A stretch of 61,001 bases of DNA, the filler included. It is 4 parts of 4 records of this genome, joined end to end, with 100 filler letters (N's around TTAATTAATTAA, not from the genome) between each part and the next. Parts side by side here need not be neighbours in the genome. Positions count along the whole stretch, not along the records: positions 20,145 to 27,819 come from SRR20825019_1529; positions 27,920 to 52,374 come from SRR20825019_1531; 2 more parts are not named here. One strand, 5' to 3'. The translations under genes were made by a program, and so were the position numbers. Shown piece after piece: positions 20,899 through 32,707 of this stretch (position 1 is the first letter of the stretch; each line of letters opens with the position of its first letter). A model generated the notes under the pieces. The model saw only the letters and a program-made list of their open reading frames with translations. It was not told the origin of the DNA and did not search any database.

Positions 20899-23800
20899 AT
20901 GAAGTCAGTGAAAAGACCAGTGCCCACCGCCGCGAAGCGATCTCGAAATGCGTCGTCAGAGAAAATGGCGGGGCTGGCCATGCAAGCCAACGAGAGTCTT
21001 GTGTGTGCCATCGAGGCCGAGCCCGAGCGGCGCCCTCCTAATCTTAGAGCGCTTAACGTGCTTGGGTTGTTCTTTCCCCTCGGCGAGGGCGTGGTGGTAG
21101 ACGAGACCACCCCACCCCACGCGATTGCCGAGTTTTTGCTTATCACTGTTGCTGAGATAGAACTCCGGCGGCGCAAGGCTGAAATGGAGAACAAGTACCC
21201 CCAGATTAAGCACGGGGGTGCAAGAGCTTTGATGAGTGATATTCAGAAATTGAACAAGGCGATGGTTGCCAAGAAGAAGATGGACCAGCGGTGGGCGGAG
21301 AGGTGGGCGAAGAAGGGACCTAAGAAGGGGCCGGCATTCTCTGCGAAGGGTGATGACGACGACATTCCGTCCACGCGCCCCGAGCCAAAGAAAGGAATCG
21401 CCGGCTCTGTCAAAGATGACCTGGGTGGAGAAGGAGCGGCCGATGGCAGGTATGGTAAGGAATCTGACTATGCCTTTGCCGAGGCTGCTACATCAGTGGA
21501 TGCCGCAAAGTCCGCTCAGAATACTGAGCCGAACTCCGATGAGATGATCGCGGCTTTCGAGGACCTCTCGCAGGGTGAGCAGAACACACTGGAAAAGAAC
21601 CACGGTGGTATGGAGGTCAAAGTGCCCACCGATGAAAACACCGCATCACCGAGGCGTGGCCAGCCTGACAGCCAGCGCGAGGGAAAGGGGTGCGGGGAAG
21701 CTGGGGGATTGCAGTGGTATGTGTTCGTCCATGAGCAGACACAACCTATTGGTGTAGTGCACATGCCAATGAGAGCGAAACTATCTGACGCCCGGATAGC
21801 TATGAGGGCATCCGGCCTTCCCCTTCCACGGGCGGTGGAGTTTCTGAGGTTGAAGGACGGTATGCTTCAAGATGTACCGATGATCGAAGAGAAGGGCACC
21901 TCGGCGAAAAGTGTCACGCCAACATGGCGTTGCCGGAGCCGCTGGGATCATGATAGCGGGAAGTGGTTGGAGACACCTTGTATTTGGGGGTCATCGGTCA
22001 CAGTTTATCATCACAAGAGATGCCACCTCCGTAAGAAGGTTGGCGATCATATGAATGAAGGCTGGGCGTACTCGAAGTGCCGGTGTCGCCCTCTTGTCCT
22101 GGTGGTTCGGGTCCCGCCATCCATGACGAAGGAGCTCAGTGTTTACAGCAGTATGAAAGATATCGTGGAGAGCACATATCCTGCAGTTCAGGATGTGACG
22201 GGTCGTACTCTTCTTCATCTTGCCATCCGTGATCTAGACTGGGATCTTACAGTGCGAATTCTAAATCGCGGCGCGTCGGCGGGTGTGTGCAGCAAGGATG
22301 TCAGGGGAGCAACTCCACTTCATTACGCCGCACAGAGGGGCAAACTGCCTTTCGTGGCCTTGCTGTTGTGTCATGGTGGTGACCCAACTTCTACGGACGA
22401 CTCCGGAAAGACACCTTTACATGAAGCTCTATACAATGGTCATATGTGCCTGCTCCCGACTCTGCTGAAGGCAGGGGCGCCTCTTGATGTAGAGGACAAG
22501 GTGGGAAATACCTGCATGACGCTTTCCCAGGAGCTGCTCCCGTCCATATCCGAGGCTTCGAGAATAGGCAGAAGCAAGCTTGTGAAGGTATACACATCGC
22601 TGCCTTTGCCGTGTGCTCCCAACGCTCGCTTGCCCCGCTTATTATGGGACTATGTGACGGACCGCCAGGATGAGATGGGGAGGACCGCCCTGCATGAAGC
22701 TGCCGCCAGTAACAATCCTAAGTGCGCCGCACTTCTGATAAAGAAGGGGGCATCCGTGCGCTTGACCGACTACCGTGGCCAAACTGCCCTACACTATGCT
22801 TCGGAGCGGGGTCATATCCCGGTGGTGAAAATGTTGCTGTTGGCAGGCGCAGATCCGGACTCTCGAGATGCTCGTGGTCGCACTGCAGTTCATGTGGCTC
22901 TGTATCGCCGACAGTGGGAGGCGGCTCTGGTACTGTTAGATCGTGCCGCGAAGATCAACGCTTCCGACAAAAGTGGAAAGACAGCGCTTCACCTGGCTGC
23001 TGCGACAGGCCAGCTCCCTGTGTTGATGTCTTTGCTTGACCGCCATGCAACACCTAACATCGCAGAAAGCAAGCGGCGCCCATACACGACGGCGCTGTAT
23101 TATGCATCGATGAACGGTCACACCGCGGCGGCGTTGGAGCTTGTGGGCAGTGGTGGCGATCTTAAAGCTGTCGCACAGGGTTATGCCAAGTTTATGAAGC
23201 GCGAGTTGGTGGAGGAGCTATTTGAGAGGGGTCACTTCCAATTGTGCTTCCGTTATCTGTTCATGCTTCCTGTGTCTCCATGCAGTAATTTCCTCCTTAA
23301 CAAACTCTGGACCAAGGCTGAGGTAGACCCATTGGTAAAAGTGGTCGACCGAGACCGGTACAAGCAGACACCGCTTCATGAATGCGCGAAGCTTGGTTCG
23401 GTAATGAAGGCGGAACGAATGATTGAAATGGGTGCGGATGTGAATGCAAAGGACAACGAGGGTATTACCCCACTGGTCCAAGCTGCCGTTGGTGGCAATG
23501 TAGAGTTGGTTCGAAGTCTGTTGAAGGCTGGGTCCAAGGTTGACACCCCTTCAGAGCAGAATCATGTGACCACGCCAATTCATGTTGCCTCCGAAAGCGG
23601 TAGCCTGCCAATCGTGAAGCTTCTGCTCGCTGCGGGGTATAGCGTCCACCACAGGGATGAGGCCGGCCTCACTCCGCTGCACTTAGCCTGTGGTTCCAAC
23701 CACGGCGAGGTGGTGGTTGAGTTGATCAACAGTGGGGCTGATGTGAATGCACAGGACATGGACGGGCTCACCCCTCTGTACTATGCCGTGTTAGAGGAGG

Positions 23801-26800
23801 CCATTGATGCCGTGAACTGCCTGCGGGTGGCAGGTGCCGATCCCAACATTCGGTGTAGTTCGAGCGATCTGTCAGCTTATGGTGCCCTTATCGCTGATAA
23901 CCCATCTGTGCTGTCTTTGGCACAGCAGGCTAGAAATGCCCCGGTTTTGCTTTGTCTCATTGCGATGGGGGCTTCCGTTCTTGACCCAAGTCTTTTCCCC
24001 ATTCTTACCGAGAAACGGGAGGACAGTGACTTTGCAGCGATTCGGCTTCGTATCCAGCGTGCCATCGATCGTTTCCTAAGGAATATTGCTCGTATTCAAT
24101 CAGTTGAAGAGTGTGGAAAGGTTCTTAGCCTTGCTGATATGGATATCGACGGACGGGAGAGTGCAGAAGAAAAGCGGAGGGCGATTATTCAAGACGGTTG
24201 TCTATGTGTCGCGTGTCTGTTGGATGAGCTTGTGGCGAATGCCCCCAAGGACCCGGATGATGCAATCGATGAGTATGGTGTAACCCCTCTTATGGATGGA
24301 GTGAAGAAATTGGATTACGCGTCAGTGACTGAACTACTTGCCGTCGGCGCAAGTGTCAACCGAAAGGATAAGTCGGAGGGCTGCACTGCCCTCATGCACT
24401 CCGTGATGGCCCTCGACCCTCCTATGGTGGCGCTTTTGGTTGGTAATGGTGCTTCCGTGCATATCATAGACGGTGCTGGCAACACTGCACTTCACTATGC
24501 GTGTGATGAGTGTCCGATATCTTGTGCTGCCGGCGATGAAGGTCCATCAGCGCCCCCCAATAATGACCTGCAGATAGCTGAGTCCAGAGAACAGATCGTC
24601 CGCATTCTGCTGGAAAAAAGTGCTAATGTCAACGCTCCTAACAAGGAGGGGCAGACCCCGTTCTATTTGGCCTGTCTGCTCGGCGCGACGGACATTGTGC
24701 AGGTCCTCGTAGATTTTGGTGCCAATGTCAACAAGCAAGACAAGTATGGAGTCACCCCTCTGTATTGTGCAGTCTCCCGTGGCCATACACCTGTCGTTTC
24801 ATTACTGCGGCTCTCTGGAGCGGATCCCAACCTCCGATGCACGAGTGGCGCTCCGAGCATGATTGCCGGAGTTGTTGGCGAGCATGCGCCGTCTTGTCTG
24901 TTCATTGCAGCCACCGACAGTGACGCAACAATGGTTGGCCACCTCCTGGCTATGGGAGCGTCCCTTCGGCCCGAAGTCCACGCCGACATTTGCCCATTGC
25001 GATCGGCGTGCAAGGGAGGGAATGCAGCAGTGGTTAGTGCATTAGTTCAGGCGGGGATGGATGGATACAGGCCAGAGGATGACATGCTTGCACCCTTTGA
25101 CATGGCTTGGATATACAACCGGTATTCTGTGGTGAATGGGGTTCCCAATACAAGAAGAGAAATCGGAAAGGAAGCTGTCCTCACTCTTTGTGGAGAGGAT
25201 GGCCCTGTGTGGGATTCCATCTTGCTCGCTGTTGACGAATGCGGGTTGTCTCGCAATGTAGGCATGATACGAGCCCATTTTGCATATCTAGAGGGGGCTG
25301 TGTTGCACTCTGCCGTGGCGTTGGAGATGAATCTTCTCGTGGAGTGGTTGCTGTATAATGATATGGAGGTGAACAATGGTATTGCGTTGCCTTGGTGGCC
25401 GCGTGTCCTTCCCTCAACTCCCCTCCACGTGGCCTCTTCACTTGGAGCCACAGATATTGTCGGAATGCTGCTAGCCGCTGGCGCAGATCCCAACCTTGCT
25501 TGCCAGCGTAGAAGAAAGACTTTGTTTGCCATGTTTCCTGAATATGGATATTCACCCACAAGTGAATTTACGCCATTGCTCGCCGCAATTGAGAGTGCGG
25601 ACGCCGAGTCTGTGGAGAAGCTCTTGGATGCAAAAGCTGTCATAACTGGCGCTTTGATTCATGCGGCAAGCCGTGGGCTACAGGGCATGTGTCATCTCTT
25701 GTTGGACCGCGGTGCCAATATTGAAGAACGGGGCTTAAAGGGTAACACGGTTTTACATCATTCGATGTGGCTTGGAATGGATTCCCTATCAAAGCGATGC
25801 GTCGATGCAGGGATGTTGCTCTCTATTGCTAATGATGACGGAATGACTCCAGTTGATTATTGCGTGGCGTCGGGGCACAGTGCCGTCCTCTTTGAGTTGA
25901 ATGGAGACAAGCCTCTGGAGCTCACTGAGGGTGATCTTTCGTTTGACTTCACATTTGAGCCAGGATCCGACGAGCATGACTGCATAGTAGAACAGCGGCG
26001 CAAGTTTGTTGGCATGCAATACGAGTGGGAGAAGCGCAAGGTGATCTTATCTCGGAGATACAAGCTAATGCGGGCAAACTGGCCCGGGGTGTTCAGTGAA
26101 AGCATCTTCACTACTGGTTGGGCAAGGGTGGTGATGAAGGACATATCCTCGCACGTGGCTGTGGTGGGATCATCTTTGCTTCTTGAGGATCAGGCTGAGG
26201 GCATAACGATACAAGATTCAGATGCTCCGATGCCTCATTTAACCAGCGGTGATGGCGAAGTCAAGAAGCAGCATGCCATTCTTAATGCGGTGACGAAGCG
26301 ATCGAAGCAGAAGAAGATGCAGCAATCAGACGACGCGTCCGGAAGGTCTGGGCTGGCAGCCGGCTGGGAGTATGAAAATAGCGACGCTGTTCCGCTGGCA
26401 TGTTACTCCCGCGATTGGTCCATCTCAACAATGCCCCTCCAGCACTACGCAGCTGCTACCGGGCATTTGGGACTGCTGCGGCGCCTTTACATTCAAGGGG
26501 TTGATATGTCTCTTCTAGACGAGGCACGGAATTTTTCGCCTCTGCACTACGCCGTTCAAGTAGGATACCCCTCAGCAGTTAAAGAATTGCTTCGAATGGG
26601 AGTGCCTGTCGACTCGGCGGGTGACCGGCCTGGCGCCCCCACGCCGCTAATGTTGGCTTTACGTGGTAATCATGAAAACATTGCGATGATGTTGGTTGCC
26701 GCAGGCGCTGACACCGGCCGAACATCTACCGATCGTGTGGGTTGCACACCGCTTCATCTCGCTTCCCTTCAAGGAATGAAATCATTGGTTACTGCCCTCT

Positions 26801-27819
26801 TGGCGGACGGCGCCTTTCCGGATTCTAGGGTATGTGGTTCTGTTTTTTGTGGAAAGCGTATATTGACGTTTTTACAGGATAAGGCTGGACTCACTCCGAT
26901 GCACTACGCATGCAGCAACTCACAAATTCTTGTCGCGCTGCAGTTGATGAGCTCCGGAGCCGACGTCAATGCCGCAGATTCGTCCGTGCTTACCTACGAA
27001 AGGCCAGAACGACTCAGCCAACGCGAGAAGCTGGTTACATCGCTTGGTTATGCCCTTTTAGCAGGCCATCGCCCGGTGGACTATCTTCCCAGTGACTTTG
27101 CGCGGGTCTTGTTCAAGAGTAAGCATCTATTTTGCTTTTCGTTAAGCATGTTTACTAACAATCTACCATCAGACAAGAGTTCCATTTCAGATATTGTTAT
27201 TCTAAAGGAGCCAAGCTACCAGCTTCCGCGTGGAAAGGCGGATTTCTTTGGTCCGTTCGGCAGTCATGAGCACGCACATCCCCGTCTCAACATGGAGAGC
27301 ATTCAGGCCGTGCTATATTATAAGGAACACCCCCTGGTACCGCATTTCTTGCTACCTCCTGTCTCGCCGGCCAAACGCAGTCCCAGATCAAAATCCGAAC
27401 GCGGGCCTGCTCTTCCCGTGTTCCCAGATGTTGCCTATGTGCCTGTTGTGGAACGCCGTGCTATCATCCCGCCCGAGCATTCCGAGCCTCCAGCTCCAGC
27501 ACCGGAACCCGCGAGTGACTTGGACCCTGTCAAAAGGTATGGTGAACCGTTGAAAAAAGCGAAGAGCAATGCGACGTCGACCCCTCTCTTTAAGGGTCGG
27601 TCCAAACCTGTCAGCACTTCTAAGGCCGCTATGCCCTCACAAGGTACGCAAGATGAACCTGAGCAGACTGAATCGAGCACAAGACGCATTGATTTCAACG
27701 ACATGTTCGCTGGCACCTCGTCACCGACTCTAGATGAGGTTGGCGAGCCACCTGCCCCAGTCGAGGACTCGGAACCCGAACCCGAACCCGAACCTGAGCC
27801 GGAACCCGAACCTGAACCT
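20899..27819 (+). CDS. Giant multi-ankyrin-repeat protein, probably eukaryotic, 3'-truncated; includes two predicted introns
   Basis: About 30-34 recognisable G.TPLH.A...G....V..LL..GA repeats in a 2,300-codon frame. First ATG is at 20899. Pro/Glu-rich tail. Confidence 0.85.
26830..26877 (+). other. Predicted 48-nt spliceosomal intron
   Basis: GTATGT...TTGAC...TTTTTACAG. Removal restores the ankyrin consensus GAFPDSR|DKAGLTPMHYAC. Confidence 0.8.
27119..27172 (+). other. Predicted 54-nt spliceosomal intron
   Basis: GTAAGC donor, perfect TACTAAC branch point (27153-27159), CAG acceptor; AT-rich relative to its flanks. Confidence 0.78.
27772..27819 (+). repeat. (Glu-Pro)n coding hexanucleotide repeat at contig end
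   Basis: Eight GARCCN units running into the gap; a probable cause of the assembly break. Confidence 0.9.
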
Positions 27820-27919
27820 NNNNNNNNNNNNNNNNNNNNNNNNNNNNNNNNNNNNNNNNNNNNTTAATTAATTAANNNNNNNNNNNNNNNNNNNNNNNNN
27901 NNNNNNNNNNNNNNNNNNN
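27820..27919. other. Artificial contig spacer
   Basis: N44-TTAATTAATTAA-N44. Confidence 0.98.
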
Positions 27920-27921
27920 TT

Positions 27922-29427
27922 TTAATTGAACTAGTAGAAGATCAAGAAAAAATTAATGAGCTGATTCATAAAAGAAGAGATAGTCCATTTATATCGGCAG
28001 CAAGCGGAGGCAGCATAGAGGTTATCAAATATCTCATTGAGTTAACTGAAGATCAAGACAATATTAACAAGATGATTCATACAGAAAATGACGACCCTTT
28101 TAGAACTGCTGCCTGTAGTGGTCATGTTAATGTCATGAGATATTTACTTGAACATACACAAGATCAAGAAGAGAGGCAAAATATGATTCACTCAAGCAAT
28201 GGAACTGATGATGCCTTAAGTTATGCTTCTATGAATGGTCATTTAGAAGCTGTTAAATATTTAATTGATTTAACACAGTATCAAAATGATGTAATACATA
28301 GGGCCTTTATAGAATCAGCAGGAGGTGGTCATTTATTAATTGCAAAGTTTTTTGTAGAACTAGCTCAAAATCAAGAATCAATTAACAATATGATTCATGC
28401 TAATGATTATGAAGCTTTTAAAGAGGCAGTTGAAGAAGGTCATATAGAAATGGTAAAATATCTGGTTGATCTCACACAAGATACAGAAGCTAGAAACAAA
28501 ATGATTCATTCAAGAAATGATATTGCTTTTTTATTAGCAACAAATAATCATATTGATATTATGAAATATTTGATTGACCTAACTCAAGATATAGAAGTTA
28601 GAAATATTATGATTCACTCGAATAATGATAATTGTTTCAGATCAGCAGCCAATAGAGGTCAGATCAATGTTTTGAAGTATCTAATTGAACTCACTCAAGA
28701 TAAAGAAGCAAGAAATAAAATGATTCATGCTGATAATGATAATGCATATAACTGGTCTGTACAAGGTGGACATATTGAAGTTGTGAAATATCTAATTGAA
28801 CTCACACAAGATATAGAAGCAAGAAACAAAATGATTCACTCTGACAACGATATGTCATTTTATATTGCAGCTTCTGGTGGCCATTTAGATGTATTGATTC
28901 ATTATTTAGTTGTACTAACAACTGATGAACAATTAAAAAAAGATTTAATCCACAATGAAGACGATAGAGCTTGTGATTCAGCTTTACAATTTGAACATTT
29001 AAACGTGGTGAAGTATCTTTTAGTAAATGACCCTTTTTACTCATGGCCAAATTTCAATGTCTCACTCCCAAAACATTATCTAGGAATAGATTTAATAGCT
29101 TTAAAAAATATGGTCATCTCATGTAAAGATCTGTTTTCACTAAATTCTGGAGCAGAACCTGAAATTTCAGAAAATAATGTTAGCTTAATCGATTTACCTA
29201 ATGAAATACTCTATTTTATAGCTAGCTTCTTAGCTCAGGTAACTAAAGAACAAGAACCTATGTTAAAAGCCGCAATTAAGGCATTTACTTACAATATAGA
29301 CAATTATTCTGGAGGATTCGATGGATTTACTCTTAGATATGAAGATGCTCTAGAAGAATTAGGCGAGATAGTTGAAGATGAAGGATCTAGCTTCATGGGA
29401 GAAGATGAAGATTTTTTTAGCGATTAG
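27922..29427 (+). CDS. Ankyrin-repeat protein with C-terminal F-box motif (effector candidate), 5'-truncated
   Basis: Frame is open from the contig edge. About 10 repeats of ~37 aa (MIHxxNDxAFxxAxxxGHxEVVKYLIELTQDxEARNK), then LIDLPNEILYFIASFL and an acidic tail. Confidence 0.85.
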   Translation, partial: LIELVEDQEKINELIHKRRDSPFISAASGGSIEVIKYLIELTEDQDNINKMIHTENDDPFRTAACSGHVNVMRYLLEHTQDQEERQNMIHSSNGTDDALSYASMNGHLEAVKYLIDLTQYQNDVIHRAFIESAGGGHLLIAKFFVELAQNQESINNMIHANDYEAFKEAVEEGHIEMVKYLVDLTQDTEARNKMIHSRNDIAFLLATNNHIDIMKYLIDLTQDIEVRNIMIHSNNDNCFRSAANRGQINVLKYLIELTQDKEARNKMIHADNDNAYNWSVQGGHIEVVKYLIELTQDIEARNKMIHSDNDMSFYIAASGGHLDVLIHYLVVLTTDEQLKKDLIHNEDDRACDSALQFEHLNVVKYLLVNDPFYSWPNFNVSLPKHYLGIDLIALKNMVISCKDLFSLNSGAEPEISENNVSLIDLPNEILYFIASFLAQVTKEQEPMLKAAIKAFTYNIDNYSGGFDGFTLRYEDALEELGEIVEDEGSSFMGEDEDFFSD

Positions 29428-29726
29428 TTTAAATATCTATCCTTTAAAAGTCTGAACTGCTTTCATATAACTTATGGGTTATATTGTGGTAGTAATTTCA
29501 ATATTGAAATATAGAAGAAGGTAATAAGATATTATATAGATTGATCAAAATAGCAATATGACATTATGAAATCATTATATTAAACTAGCATTCTTACTAT
29601 ATATATATTTATAGATGTGAATTTAATATATTTAGAATGTAGGAATTCAATAAGAAAAGGTTGAAATAACAATATAGGTTTAAAGTGTTTTTTGAAAATA
29701 TTCCACCGTTAACTTAACTTGTTTAT

Positions 29727-30540
29727 AATATTACAGATTATATTGTTTAATAGAGGGTTTCTCAAAAATTTATATAAATCTTATATATTTAATATCAGAT
29801 AATAACACTGTTAGAAAATAAACTGACCAGTTATCATTTTCAGAAATATTGATAATATTTTTATCAACCCTTATGTAATTACTTTAAAGATTACTATTAA
29901 TACTTTTATGAATAAAAATATTCAGGATACTTCAAAAATGCTAGCTTCATTAGGATGTTAAGGCTATTGCATATATTACTGCTTCCTTAATTCATTAAGT
30001 AACATTTAGTGTAGGAGAAAAATGGTGAATAATATATAGATTAAATTAAGTTGAAAATTTATCATATAAAAACATATATTCTGAAAAAGTCTGTGGAAAG
30101 AAAACTACTATGTAAAAAAAGCAGTTATGGTTTGTTTAATGGTTTTAAGTGATGTATGTTATCAATAATTTAGGAGAAATCATTGCTAATAGTATATCAT
30201 ATTGGAGTTTGAATTCATTTTTCTAAAGTATTATCTATATCTAAAGGTTTAAAAGTTAATATTAATGCTGATAATTGATATGCATATAATAAAAAATTTA
30301 AAAAGTTATATAATAGAGTTTTAAAAATGTTACAAGGATTAAGAAAGAATAAGTGATATACTTTATCTTGAATTGTAGATAAGATAATATGAGTCGGAAA
30401 TTGTGATTTATTCGGTATTTAGTACTAGGAATTAAATAATGGGCTTAGTCATAATAGACATCGATCTCCAGTAAATTCTTTGGAACATATTTTAGGGTGT
30501 TTAACAAGTTATTCAGGTTAAAAATATTTACAAAAAACCT
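29727..30540 (+). pseudogene. Heavily decayed IS982-family transposase remnant
   Basis: Frame-shifted fragments in the expected order: ITD.YCLIEGFSKIY, SFSEIL, KSSYGLFNGFK*, VINNLGEII, KGLKVNINADN*Y, LYNRVLKMLQGLRKNK, LSHNRHRSPVNSLEHILGCLTSY. Confidence 0.72.
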
Positions 30541-30716
30541 TGTTTTATGGTAAAATGTTTTCGCTTAAACGAAATAAGTGTTATCAATAATTATGCATAT
30601 ATTAATAATTATATTTTGAATAAAAATAATTTAAAGATATTATATTCATTGATAATAAAAATATTTACTAAGTTACAATATATTTCCTAAATGAGTATTT
30701 AAATCAAATCTTATAT

Positions 30717-32699
30717 ATGAAAAAATTTAAAATTGTTTCAAATTATAAACCTTCTGGTGACCAACCTGGTGCTATTAATTCTTTGGTAAATGGTATTGAA
30801 TCTGGAAATCATAATCAAGTTTTACTAGGTATTACTGGTTCAGGTAAGACTTATACAATGGCAAATGTAATAGAGAGAACTCAAAAGCCATCATTAATAA
30901 TTTCTCATAATAAAACTTTAGCAGCTCAAATTTATGCTGAAATGAAAGAATTTTTTCCTGATAATGCAGTTGAGTATTTTGTTTCATATTATGATTACTA
31001 TCAGCCAGAAGCATATATACCAAAAACTGATACTTATATTGAAAAAGATGTAGCACTTAATGAAAGAATAGATTTAATGAGACATTCTGCAACTAGGTCT
31101 TTACTTGAAAGAAAAGATGTAATTGTTGTATCCTCTGTGTCATGTATATATGGTCTTGGATCTCCTGAGTTATATTCAAAGATGACATTATATTTAGAGC
31201 TTGGTAAAAGTTATAAGCTTGAATATATACTTTCAAAATTAGTTGACTTACAATATGAAAGAAATGATATTAGTTTTACAAGAGGAACATTTAGAGTAAA
31301 AGGAGATATTATTGATGTATTTCCAGCACATTATAGTGAAAAAGCTTGGAGATTATCATTTTTTGGTGAAGAGCTTGAATATATTGGAGAATTTGATCCT
31401 ATTACTGGCAAAAAAATCACAGAACTTGATAGTGCTGTTATATATGCAAGCTCACATTATGTTACACCTCATTCTACAATTACAAAAATACTACCTGAAA
31501 TCAAATCTGATTTACATGATAGATTATTATATTATAACGAAAATAATAAATTACTTGAAAAGCAAAGACTAAATGAAAGAACAAATTATGATTTAGAAAT
31601 GCTTTTAGAAACTGGAATGTGCAAGGGTATAGAGAATTATTCAAGATATTTATCTGGAACTAAACCGGGTGAGCCACCTCCTACTTTATTTTCATATTTA
31701 CCAAAAGATTCATTATTATTTATAGATGAAAGCCATGTAACAGTTCCTCAAGTAAGAGCAATGTATCATGGTGATAGAGCTAGAAAAACTACTTTAGTAG
31801 AATATGGTTTTAGATTACCAGCAGCACTTGATAATAGACCACTTAAATTTGAAGAATGGCAATCAAGAAGACCTCAAACAGTATTTGTTTCAGCAACTCC
31901 TTCAGATTTTGAGTTAGATCTTACAGGTGGTGAGGTAGTTGAACAAATTATTAGACCAACAGGTCTTTTAGATCCAGAATGTATTATTAAGCCAGCTGAA
32001 AAGCAAGTTGAAGATTTAATGCATGAAATAAAAAAAACTACTAAACTAGGTTATAGGACATTAGTTACAGTACTTACAAAAAAAATGGCTGAAGAATTAA
32101 CAGAATATTTGGATGAAAATGGTCATAAAGTATGTTACTTACATTCTGAGATTAAAACTCTAGAGAGGATTGACATTATTAAAGATTTAAGAGAAGGAAA
32201 AGTTGATGTCATTGTTGGAATAAATCTATTAAGAGAAGGATTAGATATACCAGAATGTGCATTAGTTGCTATTTTAGATGCAGATAAGGAAGGATTTTTA
32301 AGGTCTGAAGTTTCTTTAATTCAAACTATAGGAAGGGCTGCAAGAAATGCTTGCGGAAGAGTAGTATTATATGCAGATAAAATAACTAAATCTATTGATA
32401 AGGCAGTAACGATTACTCATAATAGAAGAAATATACAAAAAGAGCATAATAAAAAACATAATATTACTCCTCTTACAGTAGATAAGAAAACTGCTGAGTT
32501 ATTTAATTTAGAAAAAATTAAAAATAACAAACAGGATAAAGAATTAAGCAAAGCTTATTCAAGTCCAAAAGAATTAGAGAAATATATTAGTAAGCTTAAG
32601 AAAGAAATGCTAAATGCAGCTTCTGAGCTTGAATTTGAAAAAGCAGCTAAAATAAGAGACAAGATCAAAATAGCAGAATCTGCTCAAGATATTTTATAA
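30717..32699 (+). CDS. uvrB: Excinuclease ABC subunit B
   Basis: [39 protein letters not shown] and C-terminal UVR motif. Confidence 0.97.
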   Translation: MKKFKIVSNYKPSGDQPGAINSLVNGIESGNHNQVLLGITGSGKTYTMANVIERTQKPSLIISHNKTLAAQIYAEMKEFFPDNAVEYFVSYYDYYQPEAYIPKTDTYIEKDVALNERIDLMRHSATRSLLERKDVIVVSSVSCIYGLGSPELYSKMTLYLELGKSYKLEYILSKLVDLQYERNDISFTRGTFRVKGDIIDVFPAHYSEKAWRLSFFGEELEYIGEFDPITGKKITELDSAVIYASSHYVTPHSTITKILPEIKSDLHDRLLYYNENNKLLEKQRLNERTNYDLEMLLETGMCKGIENYSRYLSGTKPGEPPPTLFSYLPKDSLLFIDESHVTVPQVRAMYHGDRARKTTLVEYGFRLPAALDNRPLKFEEWQSRRPQTVFVSATPSDFELDLTGGEVVEQIIRPTGLLDPECIIKPAEKQVEDLMHEIKKTTKLGYRTLVTVLTKKMAEELTEYLDENGHKVCYLHSEIKTLERIDIIKDLREGKVDVIVGINLLREGLDIPECALVAILDADKEGFLRSEVSLIQTIGRAARNACGRVVLYADKITKSIDKAVTITHNRRNIQKEHNKKHNITPLTVDKKTAELFNLEKIKNNKQDKELSKAYSSPKELEKYISKLKKEMLNAASELEFEKAAKIRDKIKIAESAQDIL

Positions 32700-32707
32700 A
32701 TAATTTT

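Noticed and set aside
23230..23285. Possible third intron (pyrimidine-rich stretch ending TGCAG) in the giant ankyrin gene
   Set aside because: No convincing GTRAG/GTATG donor or branch point.
28072..28960. CRISPR-like periodicity (constant blocks with variable spacers)
   Set aside because: The period is ~111 nt, in frame, with synonymous variation. These are coding ankyrin repeats, and there are no cas genes.
20890..29427. Apparent tandem cluster of two ankyrin genes
   Set aside because: They lie on different contigs with very different base composition and repeat types.
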